DNA from: Bacillota bacterium
GTDB taxonomy: Bacteria; Bacillota; DSM-12270; Thermacetogeniales; Thermacetogeniaceae
Assembly (NCBI GenBank): GCA_013177945.1
Contig: JABLXW010000015.1
Location: forward strand, 31,395-55,394
Direction of reading: 5' to 3'
DNA: 24,000 nt
Shown here piece by piece: positions 1 to 9,061 of this stretch (positions are counted from its first letter, which is position 1; each line of letters begins with the position of its first letter). The position numbers and the translations under genes were made by a program. The notes under the pieces were generated by a model that saw only the letters and a program-made list of their open reading frames with translations, had not been told where the DNA came from and did no database searches.

Positions 1-1
1 T

Positions 2-643
2 TACACCGATCCTGCCTTTGCGAAGGAGGTGCTCCTGAGCGACGACCTCCTTCACGAAGTGGTGGAGGACCTGAGGCTCGACGTCCCGCCCTCTCAGTTC
101 CGGTCTTTCAAAGAGTCGATTAAGGTGGAACCTTTAAAAGAGACCAACCTGCTCCGGCTCACCGTCGAAACGGAGGACCCCGCCGAGGGGCAGGCGGTCT
201 TGAAAAAAATGATCGAAATTTTCCAGCGCGGGAGCAGGGCGCAGATTGACCGCCACCGGGGCCTGATTGTGGGAGAACTGGACCGCATCAAGGCGGACCT
301 GGCAGAAGCAGAACAAAACATTAAAGAGACTCAGGCCGCCCTCAAGCGCCTGGCGGCCGGGACGGGAATGGCCGCCGACCTCCAGCAGGCCCGGCTCCTC
401 GACGCCCTGTCGCGCTTTGAGGAGCAGCGCCAGAGCCTGCTCCAGCAGCAGGCCGCCCGCCGGCAGGAGCTCAGCGGCATCGAGGGAATGCAGGTGATCG
501 AAGCGCCCCGGATTCCGGCGGACCCGGTGCGCCCCCGCAAAATGCTGAACATCGCCGTAGCCGCCCTCCTCGGCTTGATGGTTGGCGTCTTCGCCGCCTT
601 TGCCCTCGAATACTTCCGCAGCAACCCCCTGCGAACAACTTAA
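2..643 (+). CDS. Chain-length determinant / Wzz-GNVR polysaccharide biosynthesis protein, 5' truncated by window edge
   Basis: Open frame from base 2; coiled-coil region, then proline-rich RIPADPVRPRKMLNIAVAALLGLMVGVFAAFALEY C-terminal TM helix typical of Wzz/GNVR proteins; next gene is CapD-like. Confidence 0.8.
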   Translation, partial: YTDPAFAKEVLLSDDLLHEVVEDLRLDVPPSQFRSFKESIKVEPLKETNLLRLTVETEDPAEGQAVLKKMIEIFQRGSRAQIDRHRGLIVGELDRIKADLAEAEQNIKETQAALKRLAAGTGMAADLQQARLLDALSRFEEQRQSLLQQQAARRQELSGIEGMQVIEAPRIPADPVRPRKMLNIAVAALLGLMVGVFAAFALEYFRSNPLRTT

Positions 644-758
644 AGGCATCTGTTATTTAGAGGAAATTCTTGCAGGAGTTTCTTTTCTTTTGTCGAAGCT
701 TTTATCAAAGTCGGGGCTTATACCTGAAGAGTTAAACTGGGAGATGTGTCTGAGAGAA

Positions 759-2744
759 ATGGCGCGGAGAGCAGCAACTTTGCTGTTTTTTGTCCTTGAT
801 GCATTGTTCGTCAACGTCGCCTATCTGGGAGCGCTGGCCCTCCGTTTCGACGCCGCAGTCCCCGCCGAGTATCTGGCGGCTTATTTTACCCTCGCTCCCG
901 CGGCCACTATCCTCACCATCGCAGTTTTTTATTTTTCCGGGCTTTACCGGAAGATGTGGCGTTACGCCGGTGTCCGCGAAATATATGCCATTTTACAGGC
1001 TGTGACCATTGCGAGCCTCCTTGTGGTTGCGGTTGCCTATATCCTCGTTTACCCCTCGGGGGCGGCATCTCCCCTCCCGCGGAGCATTTACCCCCTCGCC
1101 TGGCTCCTCAACATGGCCTTTGTCGGCGCCTCCCGATTAAGCTCCCGTTCGCTGCGGGAAGTGGAGCTGAATGGGAGCCTGGCCTTTTTGCCGGATAATG
1201 GTTGGGGAAAGCAGTTGAAGAGGTTTTTCAGGCTTTGCCCCCGGGGGCCGTTTCAGGAAAACGACCGCCCAGGCAACCCCGGACCCCGCCGGCAGCGGGT
1301 TCTGATTGCTGGAGCCGGGGACGCCGGAGCAATGGTCGTGCGGGAGCTGCGCAACCACCCGGCACTCGGCTATGAACCTGTCGGATTCGTGGACGACGAC
1401 CCGCGCAAAAAAGGGCTTTACCTGCTGGACGTTCCGATTCTGGGGGACCGCTACGACATTCCCCGGCTTGTCGAGGAACTCCAGGTGGACGAGATCATCA
1501 TCGCCATGCCCTCGGTCCCCGGCCGGGTCGTGCGGGAACTGGTGGAGATCGGCAAAACCACAAGAGCCCGGTTGAAAACCGTTCCGGGGATCTACGAGCT
1601 GATCAACGGCAGGGTGTCGGTGAGCCAGATCCGGGAGGTCCAGGTGGAAGACCTGCTGGGGCGGGAGCCGGTGCAACTCGATCTGGAGGAAATCGCCTCC
1701 TATCTTGCGGGGCAGGTGGTGCTGGTGACGGGGGCGGGCGGCTCGATCGGGTCCGAGCTGTGCCGTCAGATCGCCCGCTTTCGGCCCGCTTCCCTCGTGC
1801 TGCTGGACTGCAGCGAAAACAACCTCTTCGAAATCGAGCAGGAACTCCGGGAGCGCCATCCCGGACACATCTGCGCGGAACTGGCAGACGTCCGGGACGG
1901 GGCCAGGGTGGAGCAGATTTTTGAGAGGTACAGGCCGCAGGTGGTTTTCCACGCCGCTGCCCACAAGCACGTCCCGATGATGGAGCGCTGCCCGGAGCAG
2001 GCTGTTTCCAACAACATCCTGGGCACCTATATCGTCGCCGCGGCCGCCTTGCGCTTCCAGAGCAAGATCTTCATCCTCGTTTCCACAGACAAGGCGGTCC
2101 GGCCGCTTAGTGTCATGGGCGCCACGAAACGCGCCGCGGAGATGCTGATCCAGTACCTCAATGAAAAAGGCAGAAAGGAAAACCTCCCAACCCGCTTCGC
2201 GGCGGTCCGGTTCGGCAACGTCCTGGGGAGCCGGGGGAGCGTGATCCCGATTTTCAAGCGCCAGATCGCGCGGGGCGGCCCCGTAACGGTGACCCATCCG
2301 GAGATGGTGCGCTACTTCATGACGATTCCGGAGGCGGTGCAGCTGATCATCCAGGCCGGGGCGCTCGCCGAGGGCGGGGAGATCTTCGTGCTGGACATGG
2401 GAGAGCCGGTGAAGATCGTGGACCTCGCCCGTGATCTCATCCGCCTCTCCGGTCTGGTTCCCGGCCGGGACATCGAGATCAGGTTTACGGGAATCCGCCC
2501 CGGCGAGAAATTGAAAGAGGAGCTGTTTACCCCTCAAGAGGAGAGGACGGCCACCAGAAACAGCAGGATTTTCATCGCCCGGCAGTGCGGCTTCGACTCC
2601 GGGGTGGCCGCGGCCCTGATCGACCACCTCAGGCTTGGCTTCGGTCTGAAGTCCCCTGAAGAGGCGCTTGCCCTACTGGGGTGGCTCTTTCCCGCCTGGC
2701 GCCGGACTCCGGAAGATGCGGCACCGGAGCACGTGGTATCATGA
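759..2744 (+). CDS. CapD/WbpM/PglF-like nucleoside-diphosphate-sugar epimerase/dehydratase with N-terminal TM helices
   Basis: N-terminal multi-TM segment, first Rossmann (RVLIAGAGDAGAMVVRE), second Rossmann (VLVTGAGGSIGSELCRQI), FHAAAHKHVPMME, STDKAVRPLSVMGATKR, GEKLKEELF. ORF is open from 582; start at ATG 759 chosen as the first residue block matching the TM region. Confidence 0.93.
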   Translation: MARRAATLLFFVLDALFVNVAYLGALALRFDAAVPAEYLAAYFTLAPAATILTIAVFYFSGLYRKMWRYAGVREIYAILQAVTIASLLVVAVAYILVYPSGAASPLPRSIYPLAWLLNMAFVGASRLSSRSLREVELNGSLAFLPDNGWGKQLKRFFRLCPRGPFQENDRPGNPGPRRQRVLIAGAGDAGAMVVRELRNHPALGYEPVGFVDDDPRKKGLYLLDVPILGDRYDIPRLVEELQVDEIIIAMPSVPGRVVRELVEIGKTTRARLKTVPGIYELINGRVSVSQIREVQVEDLLGREPVQLDLEEIASYLAGQVVLVTGAGGSIGSELCRQIARFRPASLVLLDCSENNLFEIEQELRERHPGHICAELADVRDGARVEQIFERYRPQVVFHAAAHKHVPMMERCPEQAVSNNILGTYIVAAAALRFQSKIFILVSTDKAVRPLSVMGATKRAAEMLIQYLNEKGRKENLPTRFAAVRFGNVLGSRGSVIPIFKRQIARGGPVTVTHPEMVRYFMTIPEAVQLIIQAGALAEGGEIFVLDMGEPVKIVDLARDLIRLSGLVPGRDIEIRFTGIRPGEKLKEELFTPQEERTATRNSRIFIARQCGFDSGVAAALIDHLRLGFGLKSPEEALALLGWLFPAWRRTPEDAAPEHVVS

Positions 2745-3339
2745 AAACGCCAGGCTTCGGAGCGGGAGCCGGGCTCCGCTCTGCCACCCTTTCGAAGGCC
2801 CTGCTGAGAAGGGGATTTTCCCCGGGCCTGTCGGTAAAGAGCCTGTGGAGGGAGGGCCTGCCGGTGAAGAGGGAGGCCGCCTCCCTCTCGATGAGCCTGG
2901 CCTGGGCGAGCAGGTTCCGCAGGCTGGCCGGCCTCTGGGGCACGTCCAGGTGCGTCCCGTCCACAAAAATGAGCCGCGTCAGGCCGGATTTGCCTCCCGG
3001 GATGATCTCGGTGATTTTCCCCTTCACCACATAGGCCCGCGTTCCGTCGTCCTTCACCCGGGCGCGGCGGGCGCGCACCGGGATCAGGACGAAGTCGGGG
3101 CGCAGGGGGAGGGGGAGGGCGTAGCGCCGCCCGCTCACCTCTGCGTACTTTCTGTAGGCTGCCTGCAGATCGAGGGTGAAATGGCGGGCAAGCCGGCGGA
3201 CCAGGGTCTTCGTCCTCAAGGGGCTGAAGACGGGCTCCTGATTTTCCAGGCGGATTTCCGTCCCGTTCGTCCCGTCTCGGGCGTAAACCGGAACAAGGCA
3301 CAGGAGTTCCGGCCAGATTTTTAAGAGATCAGCGTTCAT
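2629..3339 (-). CDS. Hypothetical protein with weak ComK-like layout
   Basis: Long ORF preceding the amidase on the same strand; 'VVKGKITEIIPGGKSGLTRLIFVDGTHLDVPQRPASLRNLLAQARLIE' resembles the C-terminal core of ComK; 3' end overlaps capD tail-to-tail. Confidence 0.5.
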   Translation of the reverse strand: MNADLLKIWPELLCLVPVYARDGTNGTEIRLENQEPVFSPLRTKTLVRRLARHFTLDLQAAYRKYAEVSGRRYALPLPLRPDFVLIPVRARRARVKDDGTRAYVVKGKITEIIPGGKSGLTRLIFVDGTHLDVPQRPASLRNLLAQARLIEREAASLFTGRPSLHRLFTDRPGENPLLSRAFERVAERSPAPAPKPGVFMIPRAPVPHLPESGARRERATPVGQAPLQGTSDRSQA

Positions 3340-3859
3340 GGTTTCTCACCTCCCGGGCTATTTTATCCGAACATTTGTTCTGTGTCAAGCTGCCCCGGTC
3401 AGGGCTTATCTGGCGCCGGGTGCCCTCTGGGCGCGATGCAAGCAGGGCGCGGATCTGCTCCTCCTTGAAAAAGCGGCCCGGGCAGAGGGTTGCGGCCCCC
3501 GGGACCTCCCTGTGCCCCAGTACGTTGCCGGGCGGGATCCCGTGTTCCTTCAGGAGCCTCCTGAGGAGAGCCGCGAGGGCTTCCACCTGGGGCGGGAGCG
3601 GGGGGTGGTTTTCGAAGTTCCCGATGCAGGCGACCCCGATTCCCCTGAAGTTCATTCTCCCCGCCCGGCAGTGGGCGCCGGGAAGCGAAAGATCCCGCCC
3701 GGGTACCACCCTGCCGTCCCGCTCGATCAGGTAATGGTAGCCCACGTCCCGCCAGCCCAGGCTCTTATGGTAGGCCCGCACGGCTTGAGCGTCCTTCTCC
3801 TCAGCCCCCGTATGGTGGATGATGATGTGCGTCCAGCGCCTGTTTTTCATGCCTTTCAC
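3329..3859 (-). CDS. N-acetylmuramoyl-L-alanine amidase (Amidase_2 / T7 lysozyme-like)
   Basis: THIIIHHTGAEEKD, GYHYLIERDGRVVPGR, GIGVACIGNFE, LGHREVPGAATLCPGRFF motifs. Confidence 0.92.
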   Translation of the reverse strand: MKGMKNRRWTHIIIHHTGAEEKDAQAVRAYHKSLGWRDVGYHYLIERDGRVVPGRDLSLPGAHCRAGRMNFRGIGVACIGNFENHPPLPPQVEALAALLRRLLKEHGIPPGNVLGHREVPGAATLCPGRFFKEEQIRALLASRPEGTRRQISPDRGSLTQNKCSDKIAREVRNHER

Positions 3860-3887
3860 CTTCGTTTCTCCCTGTTTTCTCCGGTGC

Positions 3888-4118
3888 TCACAGCGCCGGG
3901 CCGGATGGAGTATGATAAGCCCGGCGGGCCGTCAGGACCTCTTCGCCCGGTGCGCTCACCTCGGCGCCCGGGAGGTGCAGGGCGACTGCAAGCACCTGCT
4001 CGAGGCGGCCGATGGCGCCGGTTAAGGCCTCCAGCTTTTTTTCCAGCCGCACCAGCAGGTAGACCGCAATCACCATCGGGAAGCCGTAATTGCCGAATTG
4101 CACCAGGATCTCCTCCAT
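3888..4118 (-). CDS. YvrJ family protein (small membrane protein)
   Basis: MEEILVQFGNYGFPMVIAVYLLVRLEKKLEALTGAIGRLE matches the YvrJ pattern; next to DUF2922 and DUF1659. Confidence 0.8.
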   Translation of the reverse strand: MEEILVQFGNYGFPMVIAVYLLVRLEKKLEALTGAIGRLEQVLAVALHLPGAEVSAPGEEVLTARRAYHTPSGPAL

Positions 4119-4274
4119 TTTTACTCCCTCCCTTCCTGTCCGGCACTCAATCCTTGGGTGCTGAGTGCTAGGCTTTTCCGTATTCTCCCGGCCCCCTTGA
4201 AGGGGTGCCCGCCTGCCGTTTTCAGGATCTTGAGCCTTGCCCCGGCAGGCGGGCTGTCCAGGCCTTCAGCCGAA

Positions 4275-4496
4275 TTAAGCAGTAATCAGGTCTGTCGTGT
4301 CCCTGCTGACGATCCGGGCCCCGAGAATCGCCGTCGCGCTCCCCGTCCTTGATGTGAAGACGTTCCTGGCGATGATGGTGTTCATCGCCGCCTCTACCTC
4401 GGCGGGGGTGAGGTTCTCGCGGGGATCGGGCACGGCGATCCGGAGCCTCCCTCCTCCGGCGGTCTGGAAGATCAGCTCAAGCCTCCTGGTGAGCAC
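4275..4496 (-). CDS. DUF2922 family protein
   Basis: MLTRRLELIFQTAGGGRLRIAVPDPRENLTPAEVEAAMNTIIARNVF; family context. Confidence 0.8.
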   Translation of the reverse strand: MLTRRLELIFQTAGGGRLRIAVPDPRENLTPAEVEAAMNTIIARNVFTSRTGSATAILGARIVSRDTTDLITA

Positions 4497-4562
4497 CCTG
4501 TTTCACCTCCCTCATGAAAAGTATTTGCAGCACCCGGCACTCAGGAGTGCCGGGGAGGCGGC

Positions 4563-4796
4563 TTAGACGGCCACGAGGTCCACTTCATTCAGCCGCTGGA
4601 TGGCGTTGAGCGGGTGGATCTGGAGTCCGGCCAGCACCTGCCCGACCTCGTAAACGTCCGCGTCCTGGGCCTCGGTCTTCACGTTCCGGTAGGAGCGGGT
4701 GCGGAGCACCGGGTCTCCGTTGGCGTCGATCCCCGTCTGCACCACCAGCTGGAGGGTGGACTGCACGGGCATTGCGTTCACAGCCATTCTCTTCAC
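4563..4796 (-). CDS. DUF1659 family protein
   Basis: LQLVVQTGIDANGDPVLRTRSYRNVKTEAQDADVYEVGQVLAGLQ; family context. Confidence 0.8.
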   Translation of the reverse strand: MKRMAVNAMPVQSTLQLVVQTGIDANGDPVLRTRSYRNVKTEAQDADVYEVGQVLAGLQIHPLNAIQRLNEVDLVAV

Positions 4797-5367
4797 CTCC
4801 CTTCCCGATTGCTCGCCCCTATTTTAAAGGGGGGTTCGCGGGTGCGGCAAAATCCGCATCACGCAAATGCGAAGCCTCCGGCGGGGGGAATTTGAGAGAT
4901 GCGAAGGGTGGAAGGACGGACCGGGGAAGCGGGCCTCTCACTTGGGCTGTCTGCGGACGGCGCACAGGGGCGCACTTCCCGGCCGCGTCAGCGGGAGGCC
5001 GCAAAGAGCGAAAGAGAGCCCGGAATTTCCGGAATACCACTTGCAGGTCAAACAAGGGGACGGTTCTCTTGTTTGCCTTCAGCCGCTCATCCGCTCATCG
5101 GCCGTCCAGCCGGGTTGCCCGGGGGCGGTCAAAAAGAGTGGTGGTAAAATTATTCATGAAAGGTTATAATGGCCCTGGGGCGGTCCCGGGGCATGCGGTA
5201 GCGGAGATTAAGGCAGGGCAGCCGTTTCTTCTGCCGGCTGCGTCGCCCTCGCCCCTGCCCAAAGCCGCGGGGAGCCCCGCGGCCGCCGGGGATCCGGGTT
5301 TCGCGCTGCTGGAAAGCGCCGCCTCGTTTTCTGGCTCTCGAGAAAAACTGGTCAAAGGGGGGTTTTA

Positions 5368-5904
5368 GTGAAGCATCCCAACGCTAAGGGGAGGACCTCC
5401 AGGGTTTTAAAAACTTTTTCAGAGCGCCACAGGCGTTACCTTGCGGCCGTGCTCCGCGAAATCAAGCAGTTTTACCGCGAGAACTTGCTTGGCCTTGCAA
5501 TTTTCGGCTCTTACGCCCGCCAGGAGAACCGTCTGAACTCCGACCTCGACCTCCTCATTATTCTCGAGAAGGCACCTGGGCTTAGCTGTCGCCTTGAGGA
5601 GTTTGTGGAGCACGTAGAAATGAAGCACGAGGCCCTTGCCCAGGAGATGTACGAGCAGGAAGGCATCTTTTGCGAACTTTCTCCTTACATCCTGACGCTG
5701 GAGGAGGCTCTGAAGCTTCAGTCAATTTACTTCGACCTTGTGGATCACCACTTGATTCTTTACGACCCTAGGGGTCTGCTTGCGCGGATTATCAGCTCGA
5801 CAAGGAAGTTTTTGGAGCAGGCGGGGGCGAAGAAGGAGCGGGAGGGAAACACTTGGGAATGGGACATAACAAAGTTTGGCTTCTCCGGGGGGGTTGAGCT
5901 GTGA
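5368..5904 (+). CDS. MNT-type nucleotidyltransferase (antitoxin of MNT/HEPN module)
   Basis: IFGSYARQENRLNSDLDLLIIL (GSxxxx...DxD); GTG start at 5368 with upstream G-rich RBS; overlaps next ORF by GTGA. Confidence 0.85.
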   Translation: MKHPNAKGRTSRVLKTFSERHRRYLAAVLREIKQFYRENLLGLAIFGSYARQENRLNSDLDLLIILEKAPGLSCRLEEFVEHVEMKHEALAQEMYEQEGIFCELSPYILTLEEALKLQSIYFDLVDHHLILYDPRGLLARIISSTRKFLEQAGAKKEREGNTWEWDITKFGFSGGVEL

Positions 5905-6065
5905 GAAAGGATGCACTTGCTGCGGCTTACCTGAAGAAGGCAGAAGTGCGCTTCCAGGCGCTGCTTTTTTATAAGGAGCGCGGGGCTTATTCTGACGTGG
6001 TGCGGGAAGCCCAGGAGATGGTAGAGCTTTTGCTGAAAGCAGTGCTGCGGGGGATTGGCGCATGA
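5901..6065 (+). pseudogene. N-terminal fragment of HEPN-domain protein (54 aa)
   Basis: Manual translation VRKDALAAAYLKKAEVRFQALLFYKERGAYSDVVREAQEMVELLLKAVLRGIGA*; HEPN domains normally run about 110-130 aa. Confidence 0.65.
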
Positions 6066-6312
6066 CCTGGTAAAAGATCCGGTACATGTTTTGATGATGA
6101 GAAATGACGGAAGCTAAACAGCGCCTGCGTTTACCTTAAGCCAGCTGCGGAAAAAGACCTGCGCTGCCTGCCGAAACCTGTTGTGAAAAACAGGTCGTTT
6201 GCTTCCTTTAAGAAAGTCACCCTTGCTTTTGTAAAAATCTGCCGTTATAATGAATCAGAGGGCCTCAGAGGGCCAGAGAAATAAGGCACCGGGAAGGAAG
6301 AGGAGGTCAGCC

Positions 6313-6714
6313 GTGGAGAGAAGTCGTGACTGGATGGATCAGGCCGAAGGGGATCTCCGGCACGCTCAAAGTGATTTAGAGCATGGTTTCTATGAGTGGG
6401 CCTGTTTCTCTTCCCAGCAGGCGGCCGAGAAGGCGGTGAAGGCTGTTTTTCAAAAGATGGGAGCCGAGGCCTGGGGGCACTCCGTGGCGGACCTCCTTAA
6501 AGAGCTTGCAAAGAGGCAGCCGGTTTCGGAGGACTTGCTCAATGGGGCTTACGAGCTCGACAAGGCCTACATCCCTGCCCGCTACCCCAACGCCCATCCT
6601 TCCGGCTCCCCCCGCGAGCGCTATACTCGAGAAGAGGCACGGAGGCTGATTAACCATGCAGAGAAGATCATCAAGTTCTGTAAAAGTCTTCTATCCCGAA
6701 CTGACCAGGGCTGA
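6313..6714 (+). CDS. HEPN domain protein (COG2250-like toxin-side partner)
   Basis: VERSRDWMDQAEGDLRHAQSDLEHGFYEWACFSSQQAAEKAVKAVFQ...GHSVADLL; AGGAGG RBS before GTG 6313 (ORF track extends to 6250). Confidence 0.82.
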   Translation: MERSRDWMDQAEGDLRHAQSDLEHGFYEWACFSSQQAAEKAVKAVFQKMGAEAWGHSVADLLKELAKRQPVSEDLLNGAYELDKAYIPARYPNAHPSGSPRERYTREEARRLINHAEKIIKFCKSLLSRTDQG

Positions 6715-7042
6715 GGTGATTCGCCTTCTCTCTGAGCGGCTGAAGGAGCTCAACGAAAAGCTCCCACTGGTGCGGGCGGTCCTTTTTGGCTCGTATGCCA
6801 GGGGAAACTATACGGCCGGAAGCGATATCGACCTCCTGATCGTCTACCGGGGAGAGGAGCGGGAGGAAGCCTACACCCTTGCAAGGAAAGTGTTGGACCT
6901 GCCCCGGCTGGAGCCTCATGTCTATGCGGAGCCGGAGTACGCGGAGATGGAAAAGACGGTGCAGGCGATGACCAGGGACGGCATCGTGCTCCTGCCGTCG
7001 GCCGGCGGCGAGCGGTGTTCTCCCGACGATTGGAAAAATTAA
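6656..7042 (+). CDS. MNT-type nucleotidyltransferase
   Basis: VRAVLFGSYARGNYTAGSDIDLLIVY; overlaps preceding HEPN ORF. Confidence 0.87.
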   Translation: MQRRSSSSVKVFYPELTRAEVIRLLSERLKELNEKLPLVRAVLFGSYARGNYTAGSDIDLLIVYRGEEREEAYTLARKVLDLPRLEPHVYAEPEYAEMEKTVQAMTRDGIVLLPSAGGERCSPDDWKN

Positions 7043-7348
7043 AATCCTTCGGCTCCCCAAATTTCGGCTTGCCCGGATGGAACCGCTGCTCGGCGTTTCC
7101 TCCGTTCGTCTCTCCCGTTGAGGTGCTTCCCGCCGCATGTGGACACCGGCGCCGCGATCCCGCCGTCTCGAAGAGCCGCTGAATGGCCGCGCGTCCTGAA
7201 TCAGCACCATCATCCCCCGGCAGTCAACCCCGTGAGGAGGTTCGAACGGGAGTCGTGGTTTTGAGCGGTGGAATTTGTGATAAACTATTGATGAGAAGTT
7301 GAGGAATGTTTTGTCAGGGCAGGTGGTTTCTGGTGGACGCATCGAGGC

Positions 7349-7615
7349 TTGAGGAAGAAAAGGGGAAGGCACGCAGCTCTGCTGCGCTCGGAGGTCGCTC
7401 GTCTGACGGAGGAACTCTGCAGGCTGGGGGCGAAAAAGATCGTGCTTTTTGGCTCGCTGGCGCGCGGCCGCCTGGACCTTTTCACGGACATCGATCTTCT
7501 GGTTGTGATGGAGAGCGACCTGCCGTTTGTTGAAAGGAGCGGCTGGGTCTACCGGAAGCTCATGCCCCGTGTGGATGCCGATATTATAGTCTATACCGGG
7601 GAAGAGTTTGTGTGA
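7349..7615 (+). CDS. Short MNT-type nucleotidyltransferase (88 aa), possibly C-truncated
   Basis: IVLFGSLARGRLDLFTDIDLLVVM...VDADIIVYTGEEFV*; TTG start; GTGA overlap with the next MNT. Confidence 0.72.
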   Translation: MRKKRGRHAALLRSEVARLTEELCRLGAKKIVLFGSLARGRLDLFTDIDLLVVMESDLPFVERSGWVYRKLMPRVDADIIVYTGEEFV

Positions 7616-7965
7616 TGGGCGGGATCGTTGTGGAATATCTGACTGCCGGTGAAAAAGAGGCGGTTGCCGAGTTAAAAGAGGCGCTTCAGGATATGCTGGG
7701 GGACCGGCTGGTAGGGCTTTATCTCTTCGGCTCCAAGGCGAGGGGGGATTACGGCGCCGGTTCTGATATTGACATCGCGGTGATCGTACGAGGGCTGACG
7801 AGGGATTTAAAAAACGCCGTATTCGATAAGGCTGCCGATATCGAGCTTGAGCGCGATGTTTCTCTTTCAACACTGGTTCTTTCCGAGGAGCAGTTCGAGT
7901 TTTTGAAGCGGCGGGAGAGAAGAATAGCCCTGGATATCGAAAGAGAAGGGGTGCCTCTTTTATAG
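7612..7965 (+). CDS. MNT-type nucleotidyltransferase
   Basis: GLYLFGSKARGDYGAGSDIDIAVIVRG. Confidence 0.86.
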   Translation: MMGGIVVEYLTAGEKEAVAELKEALQDMLGDRLVGLYLFGSKARGDYGAGSDIDIAVIVRGLTRDLKNAVFDKAADIELERDVSLSTLVLSEEQFEFLKRRERRIALDIEREGVPLL

Positions 7966-8016
7966 TCTTTTATGGTTCTTTTAGAGCCATTTTTAAGGAC
8001 CGGCGGGGTGAGTTCT

Positions 8017-8421
8017 GTGACCGATGAGAACAAGCGGGAAAATATCAGGGAGGAAATCAACCGGGCAAATAATCTCCTCGATGCTGCGGACTATTTGAGC
8101 GCGGGCGGCTTTTACAACGATGCCGTTTCCCGTTTGTATTATTATCTTTTTTATCACTTCAGGGCGCTGCTTTTAACGGAAGAATTGGAGCCGAAAACCC
8201 GTGAAGGGATGTCGAGGTTGATAGGAATACGTTTTGTCAAGCCGGGAATCCTTGATGCAAGGAGCTCTCGCGTCTTTTCGAGGCTGATGAAATACAGGGA
8301 GGAAGCGGATTACAACCCGGCTTTTTTGTTTTCAGAGGATGATTATCTTGAATTAAGGGGAGAGGCGGTAGAAGTCGGGGACGCCGTCAGGAGATACCTG
8401 AAAGAGAAGGGTTATTTGTGA
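8017..8421 (+). CDS. HEPN domain protein (COG1895-like)
   Basis: INRANNLLDAADYLSAGGFYNDAVSRLYYYLFYHFRALLL...REEADYNP; directly after MNT; GTG 8017 start preferred (ORF extends to 7972). Confidence 0.8.
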   Translation: MTDENKRENIREEINRANNLLDAADYLSAGGFYNDAVSRLYYYLFYHFRALLLTEELEPKTREGMSRLIGIRFVKPGILDARSSRVFSRLMKYREEADYNPAFLFSEDDYLELRGEAVEVGDAVRRYLKEKGYL

Positions 8422-8714
8422 TGCTTTTCGTCTGCAGCGGCAGCAGAAAATTTAGAGGTATCGTGGTTTAGTATGACTTTCCCCATAAAACCCTCCAGAA
8501 CCAAGAGGTTCTTGTCAAAATAAATTTCTTCTCAAGAGAGATGTTGCCTTCCTATTGTGCTAAAATTATGGCACATTTTTTATCCCTTCTAGGGAGGCAA
8601 CTTGCTTTGCAGATCATGCATACTTTTATCCCGCGCAATGTTGCCTGATCCTGGTCCGATTTGGCATGAGTTTGGCAACAGACCCTTGTGGATTAACAGC
8701 CCTTTTCAGTTCAG

Positions 8715-9011
8715 GTGCAGGCAGGCTTTCTTCAAAGGAGAGCCTGTGCCTTCCTGCGAAATTCGTCGAAATGCGCCGTCTGCGGCTCCCCCGTCAGGCG
8801 TCCCGTCCGGCACAAGATAGTTTGCGAAAAGTGCAACCGCGTCTGGCACGCCGATGCCAACGCGGCGCTCAACATACTGCTTTCGGGCCCCTCGAAGAGG
8901 CACGGGGTGGGGGCCACGCCCCAGCGGCCGCGAGTACTCCGGTGGAACTGTCACCGGTGGGAAAGCCGCCGCAAATCCGCCGCCAAAAGCGGCGCTCCCC
9001 TGGCGGCGTGA
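8715..9011 (+). pseudogene. C-terminal remnant of TnpB (IS200/IS605 or IS1341 type)
   Basis: SSKCAVCGSPVRRPVRHKIVCEKCNRVWHADANAALNILL: zinc ribbon CxxC...CxxC and HADxNAA catalytic D; rest of the protein absent or frameshifted. Confidence 0.8.
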
Positions 9012-9056
9012 GCCGCCTCGGGAATCCCCGGGCTTTTGCCCTGGGGAGGAAGTCAA
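9009..9056 (+). repeat. IS200/IS605-like right-end hairpins
   Basis: Directly after the TnpB stop: ggcggc-gtga-gccgcc and ccccgggcttttgccctgggg-aggaagtcaa, a common right-end layout for these elements. Confidence 0.55.
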
Positions 9057-9061
9057 TCTTA

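Noticed and set aside
1137-2627. 496-aa ORF on minus strand
   Set aside because: Fully antisense to the CapD-like gene, low-complexity His/Asp/Pro-rich translation; high-GC shadow ORF.
3338-4171. 277-aa ORF on plus strand
   Set aside because: Antisense shadow of amidase and YvrJ genes.
4772-5368. 198-aa ORF and shorter neighbours in the 4.8-5.4 kb gap
   Set aside because: Compositionally biased translation, passes through a repeat hairpin; no recognisable domain.
6671-7873. 400-aa ORF on minus strand
   Set aside because: Antisense to three recognisable MNT genes; no domain-like sequence.
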